From Octopus vulgaris (lineage: Eukaryota), in assembly GCA_951406725.2 (NCBI GenBank), contig OX597828.1, positions 42,780,001-42,844,000 on the forward strand: DNA of 64,000 bases. The letters are read 5' to 3'. The notes under the pieces are model-generated. The model had not been told where the DNA came from. It made no database searches and was given only the letters and a program-made list of their open reading frames with translations. This document shows positions 39,830-55,477 of this stretch, piece by piece (the stretch's first letter is position 1; the number at the start of each line of letters is the position of its first letter). The translations under genes were made by a program, and so were the position numbers.

Positions 39830-40229
39830 TAATTCTTTATTGCCCACAAGGGGCTACACACAGAAGGGACAAACAAAGACAGACGATTACAACGACCCCA
39901 GTGTGTAACTGGTACTTAATTTATCGACCTCGAAAGGATGAAAGGAAAAGTCGACCTGGGCGGAATTTGAACTCAGAATGTAGCGGCAGACGAAATACCT
40001 ATTTCTTTATTACCCACAAGGGGCTAAACACAGAGGGGAGAAACAAGGACAAACATAGGTATTAAGTCGATTACATCGACCCCAGTGCGTTACTGGTACT
40101 TAATTTATCGACCCCGAAAGGATGAAAGGCAAAGTCGACCTCGGCGGAATTCGAACTCACAACGTAACGCAGACGAAATACCGCTAAGCATTTCGCCCGG
40201 CGTGCTAACGTTTCTGCCAGCTCGCCGCC
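39830..40229 (-). mobile_element. SINE family B, full head plus tandemly repeated body
   Basis: Same organisation and same internal junction as 20800-21196. Confidence 0.88.
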
Positions 40230-41169
40230 TTATATATGTGTGTACCTATAATTACTTGTTTTTTTTAAGGCTAAACAGTATCATAATCACCATCACCATT
40301 ACACCGTCATCACCACTACCGCCTTACCAACACCAACACCATAATCACCTCCACCAATGCAACCATCACCGCAGAGCCATAACTACTGCTCCTCTTTACC
40401 ACCAGCACCGGCACCAGCACCGGCACCACCACCACCACCACCACAGCAATAACAATGACAGCAACAACCTCCACAATCACCATCATTGCTACTACTACCA
40501 CCACATACACTAATTACAGCATTATCTCCACCAATCCTTCCATGCCACCGCCATCAACATCATTACTATAAACATGACCTGCCCCATACAAAAGGAAAAG
40601 CACAGCTACTACAGCAAAATGCCATCAACCCCACCACTACCTCTACGACCATAACAATGACCATCACCGCCATCTCTACCATCAATATATCCAGTGATAA
40701 CAGCACCTCCTTCACCACCCTAACACCCCAACACCATCACCATCAGCACCACACATATGATCACATCCACAAAAACCACAAGCACTTCAAATATCCTCAC
40801 CACCGATACTATCACCCCAACCATTACCACCACCTGCAGCAGCACCACCACAACCACCACCATCACTACAGTCACGTGCCCCCATCATATTCACCGCCAT
40901 TCTCTGAGTGGAGTAATAAGAGGTCATCAAGTGCGCAAATTGGAATTGGTATTCCGCATTTACGTCTATCAAAACACTATCAACTGCAACCTATACACTT
41001 CGACACATAATCGACATGCCACACGTCACCCCACCACCAATACTACCACTTCCACCCCCACAGATTGGGGTTACTATAACAACACTTGTTACGGTAAACA
41101 GCAGAAAAAGGAAAATATATTTCTAGAAATGTCTCTCAAACTGATTTACAGAAACAGAAATGTTTTATG

Positions 41170-41518
41170 CTTGTTCGCATGGCAGTGTGGTAAGAAGTTT
41201 GCTTCTCAACCACATGGTTCCAGGTTCAGTCCCACTGCATGGCACCTTGGGTAAGTGTGTTCTAATATAGCCTCGGGCCAACCAAAACCTTGTGAGTGAA
41301 TTTGGTAGACGGTAACTGTAAAAAGCCCGTCGTATATATATATACAGAGAGTGGTGGTGAATATGATGGGGGCACGTGACTGTAGTGATGGTGGGGGTTG
41401 TGATAAAATCAGTACTAGGCTTACGAAAAAGAATAAGTCCTGGGGTTGATTTGTTCGATTGAAGGTAGTACTCCAGCATGGCTGCAGTCACATGACCGAA
41501 AAAAAAGGAAAAGAATAG
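41170..41518 (+). mobile_element. SINE family A with internal replacement
   Basis: Head and tail conserved; 41345-41393 is an inverted copy of 40858-40906. Confidence 0.82.
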
Positions 41519-42258
41519 AATTTACTGCCAGGAAAAGGAGCGGATCAAGAATATGAAGACTTTAGGGGTGTACTTCGAATTTTGACATGGTTAGGGGTAA
41601 AATACTAAAATTGACGGCTCCACATAACCATGAAGGATAATTTCTTTGGTATCATTTTATTAATATTGTTATTGTTGTTACCTTTATTGTCGTTATTGTA
41701 TATTAACTTTGCTGTTATTAAACTTGTGCGTTGTTGTTGTCATCAGCTCCAGCCCAGCCCCACCACTACACACGCCACCATTATCACCTTCATCATCATC
41801 AACATCTGCATCGTCATCATCATCATCGTTATCGCATTCGTCGTCGTCATCGTCATCGTAATCGTCGTCGTCAACATGATCATCATCATCATGATCAACA
41901 GCATCATCATCATCACCACCACCACCACAACCATCATCATCATCATCCTCATCGTCGTCGTCGTGGTCATCATCATCGTCATTATCACCATCATCATCAT
42001 CCTCATCATCATCATCAACAACGTCAACTTATTCATCGACATCGTTATCATCATCATCGTCGTATTCGTCATCGTTATCATCATCATCATCATCATCATA
42101 ATGATTATCATATTCATCATGATTATCATCGTCATAGGCGTCGTCGTCGTCGTTCTCCCCATCCTCTTCCCCCTCATCTTCCTCCTCCTCCTTCCCACCA
42201 TCATCATCACCGTAGTCCCATTATTCATTTTTGCTACCATGGTTGCGAACTAGTATTT

Positions 42259-42290
<32 letters not shown>

Positions 42291-42300
42291 TCTGCTGCAG

Positions 42301-42351
<51 letters not shown>

Positions 42352-42730
42352 GTGTTGCAGTCAATGAGACTGGCAAACACTTTATCTTCATATTAGAAAA
42401 ATAATATTTTGTTCCGCGGGGTATCATTTTGGAATTATGGAAATTCGGTAGAGAAATCCATTTTCCTCAACCAAGGAATATGGAAACATTCTGAGAGGTA
42501 CAAAAATAACAGCAACAACAACAACAGTAGGAACAACAACGGCGATAACAGCAATAATAACGAATGGCAGAGACTATAGCAAACGATAATAACAATACCA
42601 ACAATAATTCTAACAGAAATACAAAAAAGGAACTGAGAAGAAATTAGAAGAAGGAGAGTAGAGGAAGAGGAGGAGGAGGAAGAAGAAGAAGAAGAAGAAG
42701 AAGAAGAAGAAGAAGAAGAAGAAGAAAGAG

Positions 42731-42761
<31 letters not shown>

Positions 42762-43128
42762 GAAAGAAGAGAAAAAAGAAGAAGAGGAAAGAGAAGAAGG
42801 AGAAGAAGAGGAAAAAGAAGAAGAAGAGAAAAGAGAAGACGGAGAAGAAGTAGAAGTGGAATAAGAAGAGGAAAAGAAGAAGAAGAAGATGAAGAAGAAG
42901 AAAAAGAAACGGAAGAAGAAGCGGAAGAAGAAGGAGAAGAAGAAGAAAAAGAAGAAGAAAGAGAATGTGAGGAGGATGAAGGGGAGGATGAGGAAGAGAA
43001 GAAGAAAAAGAAGTCAAATTGTCTTCGACGAAATTTAAATGTATCTAGGACGAGGAGATTATGTTAGAGAGAGTAAGAAGGAAAGAGAGATGGGCAGAGG
43101 GGAGAGATAGAGAGATAGAGAAGTGAGG

Positions 43129-43165
<37 letters not shown>

Positions 43166-43333
43166 TGAGGGAGAAAGAGAGAGTGTGAAAAAGGTGCAAA
43201 ATCCTTCATTTCGAAATGGCATTTATCATCATTTATTTCAGACATTCTAACAGTGAAAGAATTCTATTTTATTCCACACACACACACACAAATATATAAA
43301 TTTATAAATATGTATATATATATGTACATATAC

Positions 43334-43449
<116 letters not shown>

Positions 43450-43706
43450 GCATACATACATATATGTGTGTATAAGCATGCATATATTTACGTATATGGT
43501 TACAACCATCTTATGTATATTGTGATATAAGTTTTAGAAATTTTTGAACAACCAAGATTACACACACATATACACACATACACACATTTCAATATATATA
43601 CAGGTATACAAATACACGTATATATATGTGTCTGTGTCTATCTGTACCTATACGTATACATATATACATATATACATATATATATATGTATGTCTGTGTG
43701 TGTATG

Positions 43707-43800
<94 letters not shown>

Positions 43801-44345
43801 CATACACACATACATGCACACACAAAAACATACATACATACATACATATGTATATATATATGCATGTATACATATACGTATATAACTCCTGGCTATATAA
43901 TACATTAGCGCTTTTCGTCAATTTTGCAGCCGCTGTGAAAACAAGTGAGGCAAAGATATTTAAGTAATTTTGGTTGTTTGGACTCCAAGAACTGCTCCAC
44001 AGAAAAATGCCACTTAGAGAGAGGATGTCTTCTTAAAAGTCTCTTGTGGATATTTACATATAAATCATCGTTTGCTCTGGATGTGCAGCTATGTACGTAT
44101 GTATGTATGTATGTATGTATGTATGTATGTATGTATGTATGTATGCATGCATGTACGTATGTATGTATGTATGTATGTATGTATGCATGCGTGTATGTAT
44201 GTATGTATGTATGTATGTATGTATGTATGCATGTATGTATGTATGTATGTATGTATGTATGTATGTATGTATGTATGTATGTATGTATGTATGTATGCAT
44301 GTATGTATGTATGTATGTATGTATGTATGTACGTATGTATGTTTG

Positions 44346-44376
<31 letters not shown>

Positions 44377-44486
44377 ACATATACATATACATATACATAT
44401 ATATATATGCATGTGGCTCTGTCAGAGTTGTTTTTCCCTCTGTCTGTGTGTTCTTGTGTAAGTGTGTGCCTGAGTGTGTATTTGTT

Positions 44487-44524
<38 letters not shown>

Positions 44525-44881
44525 TGAATTAGTGAGAATGCGTTAGTAAGTGAAGGAGAGTGTGTGTGAGAGGTAGAGATAAATAGAAAGGGTATGCAAG
44601 TGTTCTATTTGTCTATCTGTCTACAATACATTACTACACGCACGCACATACTCACACACTGACACACAAACACACACACACACACACAAGCCCACGCTCT
44701 TATACGTCTAGCATTATTAATGTGAATATATATCACCATGTGCAATTACGTATCGTTATATATAAGCGTGTTTGTAAAAATCATATTTCCCTCTTTCTAA
44801 CGAAGTCTATAAAACGATATCATGACGGATCGTTAGCCACTAAACCTTTTTTTATTTTCTCTCCCTGTTTATTTCTGTGCT

Positions 44882-44919
44882 TCTTTCTGTCGAAGGGCGT
44901 AGGCTCGAAACGTAAAAGA
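44882..44919 (+). ncRNA. Minimal type I hammerhead-like motif with variant core CUGUCGA
   Basis: tcttt-CTGTCGA-a-gggc(gtag)gctc-GAAACGTA-aaaga; lies in an about 200-bp repeat (about 44815-45020) homologous to 8066-8275, 26950-27160 and 53965-54135. Confidence 0.55.
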
Positions 44920-45333
44920 CTTTCTCACTTCCTGAGCGTTAAACTAATGTATCTGTTTGATATTTACACACCCGTCTTCGTCTTTTGGTTTTTCTCTTTT
45001 GTAAATTCTCACTATTTATAGAAGCAACATTCTTAAAATTTTAATGAAAATGGCCCGTGATACTCTTGGCACCAGCAATGAGACTGTATATTAAGGGATA
45101 GACAGCATTCTACTAGAATTCCTTAACATTTTACCATTTATGAGATTGTTGCTACAAAGTCGCTAACCAGATTTGACATTTCGTCACATTTGCTCCAAAA
45201 TGCTTTCGCTTTGTAATAATACTCTGAAGTTTTCTATCCAAAACCTTTTCCCAATCCAATATTTATATACTATTTTTTGTAGCCTAAATTGCTTCGAGAT
45301 TCACTGTTTCTCCAAAATTATTCCCTGTCTTCT

Positions 45334-45412
<79 letters not shown>

Positions 45413-45871
45413 CTATGTATGAATCTATAAACACATATATATATATAGTGTCGTCCAGCTAAGCCATCATCGGACTATGATGATGGCTGAGGTCGCAGAA
45501 ACTTCGAAGCCACTGTTTATATTATTCTTGTTAGATAATAATAAATTTATATCTACGAAAGCATGAAGCAACCCATCAGATTAAAGTAACATTGTTTTCA
45601 TAATAAACCAACATAAAAACAAGCATTAATATGTGTATGTAAGTCATTATTCAGTTTATTTCAAGATTTCTTGCAAATAGAGAAGGAACCGGTTTTCTAA
45701 CCTGGGTCCATCCGAATGGGGTAACATCCAAATTCCACTCGGGAGTACCCATCTATAATCAGCCCTTTACATGTAGAAATCCACACATGTTGAGATGCAT
45801 GATACTGAAATACATATATGTAGTTATATATAATCGTGTGAGTGTAAATAGATTAATATGTATGTACGTAT

Positions 45872-46101
45872 ACTCTTTTTACTCTTTTTACTCTTTTTAC
45901 TTGTTTCAGTCATTTGACTGCGGCCATGCTGGAGCACCGCCTTTAATCGAGCAACTCGACCCCGGGACTTATTCTTTTGTAAGCCCAGTACTTATTCTAT
46001 CGGTCTCTTTTGCCGAACCGCTAAGTGACGGGGACGTAAACACACCAGCATCGGTTGTCAAGCAATGCTAGGGGGACAAACGCAGACACACAAACATATA
46101 T

Positions 46102-46154
<53 letters not shown>

Positions 46155-46319
46155 TACGACGGGCTTCTTTCAGTTTCCGCCTACCAAATCCACTCACAAG
46201 GCATTGATCGGCCCGGGGCTATAGCAGAAGACACTTGTCCAAGGTGCCACGCAGTGGGACTAAACCCGGAACCATGTGGTTGGTTAGCAAGCTACTTACC
46301 ACACAGCCACTCCTGCGCC
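45872..46319 (-). mobile_element. SINE family A, full length, well conserved
   Basis: Complete head, body, internal microsatellite and tail. Confidence 0.92.
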
Positions 46320-46681
46320 TATGTGTAGATATATTTGTATTTTAGCGTGCATGTTTATAAGTGTGTGTATGTGCATATGTATATGTGTGTGTATGAGTGT
46401 ATATGCATGTACGTATGAGTATATGTGTATATATATATGTATATTATATATACAAATTTAAAATTTAAAAATTAAAATTTAATTTAATTTAATTACGTAA
46501 TATGGTAATAGTGAAACATGTATGTGAATAATCCATATTTTTATTGCTTTTCTTTTGCCTTGCTTGATTAGGTTTTGATTATTTGCTGAATTTATTTCTT
46601 GAGAACATTTCTTAGTGGTAAAAACATAGCGGATCTTCTTCTAGCATAAGAGCATCCACATAGTGGTTTCCCTCTAATATA

Positions 46682-46717
<36 letters not shown>

Positions 46718-46769
46718 TGTATGTATGTATGTATGTATGTATGCATGCACATGTATTTTGCTGTAATTA

Positions 46770-47900
46770 TCTTGCACGCTTCCAAAGACTTGATGTCAAC
46801 GTCTATATTCGCTTCAGAACCACAGGTAAGGTCTTTGATGTTAAACGCTTTGATATTCTAGGTCCTGGTTCGAGAGCTCCTTTATGCTGATGATGTTGTT
46901 CTCGTTGCTCACACCGAGGAGGACATGCTTTCAGACTTACCATCAGTCTAAAGAAAACAAAGAGCATGTTCTCTCAGCCATCAGGTCAATCTTATGTGGA
47001 ATCGAACATTTTCGTCCAGGGTACAAGATTAGATGTGGTTGACTCGTTCATCTACCTTGGCAGTGCTCTCTCTAGAGATGGATCCCTTGATTCTGAAATA
47101 GACCTGAGAATTGAAAAGGCTAGCAAAGCATTTGGAAGGCTTGAAAATCGTGTGTGGTCTGATAGAGGTATCACCTTCAAAACCGAGCTTAGAATCTATG
47201 AACCTTGTATTTTAACGGTCCTCCTGTAATCGTCTGAGACCTGGAGACATATCGGCACCACATCAAGGCTTTAGAAAGATTCCACCAGACTTATCTAAGG
47301 AGGATACTAGATATCAAATGGAAGTTTTTAACACCTGACACCGTTGTTCTTCAGCAAGCTAGCACATCCAGTTTTGAAATGATCCTCATGCGCAATCAGA
47401 TGCGTTGTGTTGGGCTCCTTGTTAGGTTGATAGGTTGCCAAATCAATTGTTTTTCGTAGACAGGACATAACTAGAATCCCAGACACTTTTCTGCTTAAGA
47501 ATATGTGTAAGACTAGCTTACGTTGACTTGCTATACACGCGGATGAGGGGGTAGATGTTACTTTCTGTTGCTTCCTTTCTGTTTTTTTATCGCCTTTCTG
47601 ATTTTTATCGAGGTCGATAAAATATCTTAGCGGTTCGCCAAAGGAGATCAATAAATGTCTGAGACATAAACCTAAGAAACGTTTTAGGGATGCTGTCAAA
47701 AGCAACCTTAATGTGAAAGTTGAAGACTGGGAGCAAATGACGCAAGATCGATAGGTTTAGAAACAAATGATCTACAATAGATGTAAAGCATATGAAGCTC
47801 GAAGAATTGAACAATCTATCTTAAAAGGAGCATTTCGGAGACAGGACATAACAACAATCCCAGACACTTTTCTGCTTAAAAATATGTGTAAGACTAGCTT
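46770..47900 (+). mobile_element. RTE-clade LINE remnant (RT C-terminal half)
   Basis: RELLYADD motif near 46872-46895; VVDSFIYLGSALSRDGSLDSEIDLRIEKASKAFGRL; LERFHQ..LRRIL.IKW; multiple frameshifts. Confidence 0.88.
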
Positions 47901-48104
47901 ACGTTGACCAGCTATACGCGCGGGTGAGGGGGTGGATGTTATTTTCTGTTGCTTCCTTTCTGTTTCTTATCGCCACATTCTCCCTCTTTGTTTCTCTCTC
48001 CTTTCTCTCTCACTTTCCCACTCTCGGATTCTCCCTTGCTTTCTCTTACTCAATCTTTCTCTATCTAACTCTCTCCCATTTATAAAAAATTAGATTTCCG
48101 CAGC

Positions 48105-49394
48105 GGTCAGGCGATCCATTTGCTGTCAACACCCGTTAAAAGGAGGACTGGGCATGCCGTGGTTGATGATGCGCAGACACGCGCTGAGACTGCGACATCT
48201 CAGGCTCTACGTAGACGACGGTGAACAGGTGTGGTCGCCGTTTGTGAGGCACGCTTTCCCGCAACTCGTCTCCATGACCGAACTGCAGTCGTGGATCAAA
48301 AAGAGGCCGAGGAAGGGCGAATGGCACCGCGAGTGTCGCGTTGTTCTCAAGCAACTCTGCCGTCCCGGGTCGACCTTGAGTGACTTCAACATAACCAAAG
48401 CATTCTATAGGGGATTAGTGGAGGGGAAGTACGACGACGAGCTCGGGGCGAACCTAGACCTCGACGAGGAATACCTGACCCACCTGTTCAGGACGACTTT
48501 CGGGCCGGGGCCCATGGACAACTTCCAGAGATCCCTGGCCTGGCAGTGCTATCGAGAAGCGCTACCCGTTCGGGATAAGCTCTACAGACACGGCTCGAGA
48601 AACACGGGGCCGACCTGCCCGAGATGCGGTCAGAGCGACGAAACCGCTCTGCACGCACTCGTGCAGTGTCCAACAATTTCCGACCTGTGGGCTTATGTCG
48701 AACAACTGCTGTCACGTGTGGGACGAGTCGGTTTATCAGCCGAGTCTATCGTCAATATTGTCACGCCTCCTTCCTTCAAACGGGAAGGAAGAGCTATTTT
48801 CATCATCTTTGTGGCTATGGCGAAAGAATGTATCTGGTGGACGCGTCTGAAAGGATTGGAGACAAACACTTTCCTCTCTGGTCAATCTCTCATCAACTTC
48901 TTCAAGTATCACTTGAAAAAGAAAGTGAGAGTAGAGAGGCAAATTTTGTCTAGTGAATGTTTAAAAAAAAGATGGGTGAATGTAGCAAGGATGGCACGTA
49001 TGAATGACGGAGCCACCTTGAGCATAATCCTATGAACCCGGAAAATTTAAAACAGAGAGTTTTAAACAAATGTTTTAAACAAACTTGCAAACAAATGTGG
49101 TAACATCTAACATCATTGAACGAGGTTACCGTGGTCTTTTCCGTAGATTTTTCTTCTCACGGATAAACCTTATCTGCTTCCCCCTTTACACTTTACACAA
49201 TGACACTGTGATACATGATCCCTATTGACCATTTCTCCCCTTTTTTTATTTTATTTTATTTTTTTCTTCTTTCCCTTTTACGATCCCTTTTGATCGAAAA
49301 CCTAACCCACCTTTTTTCTCTCCCCCCAAAAGAAAAGCTCTACTTTGTAATCTGTCCCGTCTGTGTGCAACCCTGTGTGGTTAATAAAGAAACA
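48105..49394 (+). mobile_element. Tx1/L1-clade LINE, 5'-truncated copy 3 (longest)
   Basis: Frame open from VRRSICCQHPLKGGLGMP to the stop at 49035; 3' UTR more diverged than copies 1 and 2; ends aataaagaaaca then about 420 bp of (TATC)n. Confidence 0.9.
48154..49035 (+). pseudogene. C-terminal fragment of LINE ORF2 (zf-RVT-like CCHC domain)
   Basis: Nearly identical to 6293-7054; preceded in frame by the P..GGLG motif typical of L1/Tx1 ORF2. Confidence 0.85.
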
Positions 49395-49505
<111 letters not shown>

Positions 49506-49537
49506 AACTATCTATCTAATCTAAACCCCCTCCTATT

Positions 49538-49585
<48 letters not shown>

Positions 49586-49594
49586 ATAAAGAAA

Positions 49595-49637
<43 letters not shown>

Positions 49638-49655
49638 CCTACTACCTCTATCTAA

Positions 49656-49742
<87 letters not shown>

Positions 49743-49758
49743 CTATCTATCTATCTAA

Positions 49759-49822
<64 letters not shown>

Positions 49823-50614
49823 CTCTCTGTCTCTCTGACATTTTATCCTAATTTCCCACCTTACCAAGAAGAAGTTCTCAAGCAAGAGCGATACATAATC
49901 TTTATATTTATATTTAAATTTACTTTTATAATTAGGATATATCATTTATCACTTCTGACCCACAACTTTAAATGTATATTTTTTTTTTCTAACTGATCTC
50001 TTCTTCGCGGTAACATTTCGAAACCATGTTAGACAGTACAATACAACGAGAACTTTTTATCAGCTCCATTAACCTCTACCCTCGTTTTATGTATGTGCAG
50101 GAACGTGATATATAGCCTCTGTAAATTCGTGTATGTGGGTTTGTACGTGAGTGCGTGAATTTTTAATTACCCATTGGGCGGTGAGTATAGAGATTATGCA
50201 ACTCTCAGTCCTGTGGGAAGGAGTTTGTAAGCGTTTCTTTTATTCTTTCAATTAACTATTTCTCTCTCTATCTTCATCTTTATTTTTTTTCTCTCTTTCC
50301 ATCGTCTTCTTTTTCCCCGCTCCGCTCCGTCTCGTTACCAAATCATCTTTCAATCACAAACTATTACAATAAGTTCATTTTCTTTTTTTCTTTCTTTCTT
50401 TTTCTCTTTCTTTTTTTTCTGTCTTTCTTTCTTCGTTCCTTCCTACCTTCCTTCCTTCGTTTCTTTGTTTATTTCTTTCCGTCCTTCATTCTTTCCTTTC
50501 TTTCTTTTTTTTGTTTGTTTGTTTCTTTTTTCTTTCTCTCTCCCTATCCATCCACTCGATTCCGTGTCTTTCCATTCACTCCCTCTTTCTGATTAATGTC
50601 TATCTATCTATCTA

Positions 50615-50707
<93 letters not shown>

Positions 50708-50762
50708 GTCTATCTATCTGTCTATCTGTCTGTCTGTGTTACTATGCGTGCAGGGTGTGTAC

Positions 50763-50814
<52 letters not shown>

Positions 50815-51103
50815 GTATATTTATATTATACATACGCCGATATATACATATACATACATATATATGCATAAATATATATACATATATACATATACATATG
50901 CACATACATATACAAACACACATACACATATATATGCATATGTATATATACATATGTACATAAGTGTGTGCGTATACATATCTATACACACATATCTATA
51001 TATATATTTACAAGTATGTATATATATATACATATATGTATATAAACATATATATACATATATGTACAAGTATGTACATATATATACATATATATGTATA
51101 AAC

Positions 51104-51214
<111 letters not shown>

Positions 51215-51620
51215 CATATAAATAAACATACATAAGTGTGTGATTATCTTCCTTTGTCACACGTGAAACATTAATACAAATTCTAATCAAAAGGCAAAAG
51301 AAAAACAAAAAGAACACAAACCTCTTAAAAAACATAAACAAAAAATACAACAGCTGACAACAAAAAACAATTAAAATATTAACATAACAACGACAACAAT
51401 AGCAAGAACAAGAAAATAGGGTGTTGTCCAGTATTGCAGAAGTTCAGTCCCATGCCCCGTGGTTGATTCGTGGGGCGGCGCATTTGGGAAAATTATCGTG
51501 GTTTTAATTGACAAGGTATTTGACATTTAAGTAGAAAAAGTCAATTAATCTTGTGCATGCATGTGTGTATGAGTGTGTGTGTGAGTGTGTGTGTGAATGT
51601 GAGTGCGTGTGTGTGTGTAG

Positions 51621-51682
<62 letters not shown>

Positions 51683-52202
51683 TGTAGTGCTATGAATTCT
51701 TATCTTTGATATTTATCTTGATTAAATGAAGCTTAATTGCGATTTGGATAGCTCTGCTTTATACACAAACACACACAGATACTCTCTCTCTCTCTCTCAC
51801 ACACACACACTGACAAATATACACAAATATATAACTCATATGCACACACATACATACAAATAAACATATTCATATATAGCTACATACCTACACACACATT
51901 CGTTTATTCTCGCAGGTGTTAACCATTACAATGCGTCTTGGCCTACGGGCCCTTGCTGTTTATCTTTGTTGATTGTTTTACTCCGTAGGTCCACTCTATC
52001 GTCGTTTGTTCGTTTGAAACTATAACTCTCCATGAATTTTATATTTTAGAATTTATGGATGATGCTGTCTCATGAAGTTCCCTATATTGTTGTTAAATGC
52101 ACGAAATAGGAGTAATAAACACGCCGACAAATGATGAGGTGTTATCTGCTTTTGGTATTTTGTCTCATACCTGCCACTCATGTGTTTATGTATTTTTAAA
52201 GT

Positions 52203-52566
52203 GGAGGCGCAATGGCCCAGTGGTTAGGGCAGCGGACTCGCGGTCATAGGATCGCTGTTTCGATTCCCAGACCGGGCGTTGTGAGTGTTTATTGAGCGAA
52301 AACATCTAAAAGCTCCACGAGGCTCCGGCAGGGGATGGTGGTGATCCCTGCTGTACTCTTTCACCACAACTTTCCTGTTTCTGTTGTACCTGTACTTCAA
52401 AGGGCCGGCCTTGTCACTCTCTGTGTCACGCTGAATATCCCCGAGAACTACGTTAAGGGTACACGTGTCTGTGGAGTGCTCACCCACTTACACGTTAATT
52501 TCACGAGCAGGCTGTTCCATTGATTCGGATCAACCGGAACCCACGTCGTCGTAACCGACGGAGTGC
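52203..52566 (+). mobile_element. tRNA-derived SINE family C, tail type 2, full length
   Basis: A box tggcccagtgg, B box gtttcgattcc; matches 35289-35666. Confidence 0.92.
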
Positions 52567-52622
52567 TTCCATGTGTATTTTTCACTCGTTGGTAATGTCC
52601 TGTCCTTATTGTATATTTTTTG

Positions 52623-52701
<79 letters not shown>

Positions 52702-52884
52702 CGTGTGTGTCTGTGTATGTGTATATATACATATATATATATATATATACATATACATACATAAGAACTTTCAATAAGAATCAATTAAGCAACTCATTGC
52801 TTAAATAATCTACACTTTTTTCCCTACAGTTCCTGGCCAATGGGAGAAAACTTTTATTATTGTTATATGTATATGTATATATAC

Positions 52885-52974
<90 letters not shown>

Positions 52975-52975
52975 C

Positions 52976-53088
<113 letters not shown>

Positions 53089-53149
53089 GATGGTTGGCTG
53101 AAACGTTCAGAGTCTGACTAAGACGTTCTTGAAACGTGACGAAATGTGG

Positions 53150-53535
53150 TTTATTTTGCTTCCATCGGTATTGCAGTACTTGAATCCTATTGGTAAAGAA
53201 ATATTCATCCTGTTAGTTAAAAAAAAAATCATCAACAACAGATATGAGGTCATCATCAATGTGATACTGCTTCCAAATCAAGTGAATTTTCATTTTGGGG
53301 AGCAGACGATTGTCAGTTGGTGCCAAATCAGGAGAATAGGGAGGGCGATCAATCAAATTAAAGCTACAGTCACACACAGCAGCCATTGAAACCAAGGGCT
53401 TGTGCTTCGGAGCATTATCCTGATGTGCAGGAACCACTTCGTCAGTTTTCCTGGGCATTTGGTTTTGGTAGACTTTCATAACTGTCTCAAGAATTTGGTA
53501 TAGTACTCTCCCTTGATAATGTGGCCCGTTTGAAT
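53150..53535 (-). mobile_element. mariner (DD34D-type) transposase remnant
   Basis: HQDNAPKH...[11 protein letters not shown] motifs. Confidence 0.88.
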
Positions 53536-53544
53536 TCCAACTAT

Positions 53545-53648
<104 letters not shown>

Positions 53649-53657
53649 ATATATGTA

Positions 53658-53746
<89 letters not shown>

Positions 53747-53918
53747 ATATTAGAAGGTTTGGAGGTGATGTACAGGTATTATATATCAGAAGAAATAAGG
53801 TGCTCAGAAATCTGGATGGGTTTATATTTACAGATTTTTATTAATATGTCACATGTTTTTATAAATCATTTATTAGCACTTGCATCCACTCTAGTGGATT
53901 CTTCAGATTTTGTATCTG

Positions 53919-53949
<31 letters not shown>

Positions 53950-54471
53950 TAATAATAATAGATATAATCAGTTGTTCTGCCTCTGTTTCTCACTCCCTCT
54001 CTTTCGTTATTTATATCGAAGAGCGTAGGTTTGAAACGTCAAAGACTTTTCCTTTCTTCCTGAGCGTTAAACTAATATACCTGCTTGTTGCACCCTCACC
54101 TGTTTCCGTCTTTTGTTTTCTGTAAATTTGAACTTCACACACACAGCCTATTCATCCCCTATAAACTCACAGCCTCATACAATAAATATATATATGTAAG
54201 ACAAGGTGGTACAATGTGCAGTAGTCTTGTCACACACATAAGCAAAGACTAAATGTGAGGTAATGATATACATCAATTCTCTCGTCAAGCCACTTACACC
54301 GAAAACTCTACAACAGGCAACTTATTACAGACACCACAGCTAAAACATATTTGAATTTCATGTACAACGCAGGAACAACCAGTACGTCCACACATTGATA
54401 CACACCTACATATACAAGAACTTACTCACGGATGTATATTTGTTATTTTCAATTCACATGTAGGCATACAG

Positions 54472-54539
<68 letters not shown>

Positions 54540-54676
54540 TCGCAGACACACATTTGCACACACTGACACACTCATTTAGCTAGATAACGAGTATGGGTAA
54601 TGTTACAGATAAAATATATCAAATGCTTCTCCCTTTCTTTCTTACACACTCATAGACGCACAGATACATATACATT

Positions 54677-54734
<58 letters not shown>

Positions 54735-54739
54735 TAGAT

Positions 54740-54798
<59 letters not shown>

Positions 54799-55030
54799 CA
54801 GACATACGTGTACATAAATTGCTAGTGACCGGTTTAAATTACGTGAGGTAAAAACTTAAGTCCTAAAGAAACACACACACAAACACACATACACACAAAC
54901 ACATATACTCACTCATTCACTCACTCACACGCCCACTTACAGCCCAAAACACACAACTATGTATGTGTGTGTATATATGTATGTGTATCTATGTATACAA
55001 ATCTCTCTATCTCTCTTCTGTTTGTCTATG

Positions 55031-55066
<36 letters not shown>

Positions 55067-55374
55067 CTCACACACACACACACAAACATGGATTTATATA
55101 TATATAAACATAGATATATAAATGTATATATATATGTTTATATATGTATAGACATATGTTACCAATAAATAAAACTGGGTGTAGATGATATTCTATACCC
55201 TTCCATGGTATTAGCATATTGTTAAGTTAAATGTCAAGACCTTGCACGATCCTCTTCCCGCTAAACATGTTTCGAAAACGCTTACATGTTTTTTTTGTCC
55301 TGAACTTGAACTTTTGTTTTGTATTAATGTTTGCTTTCTTTCTCTGTATACTCGAAAATAAATATATATATATA

Positions 55375-55477
<103 letters not shown>

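Noticed and set aside
45448-45515. Hairpin agccatcatc/gatgatggct followed by gaaacttcgaagc, hammerhead-like
   Set aside because: No CUGANGA in the required position and no NUH triplet
53105-53145. ctgactaa...gaaacgtg minimal hammerhead-like string
   Set aside because: G8 mutated, GUG triplet and weak stems
53875-53910. Minus-strand CTGAAGA followed by a perfect 6-bp hairpin
   Set aside because: GAAA is replaced by GCAA and stems I and III are not identifiable
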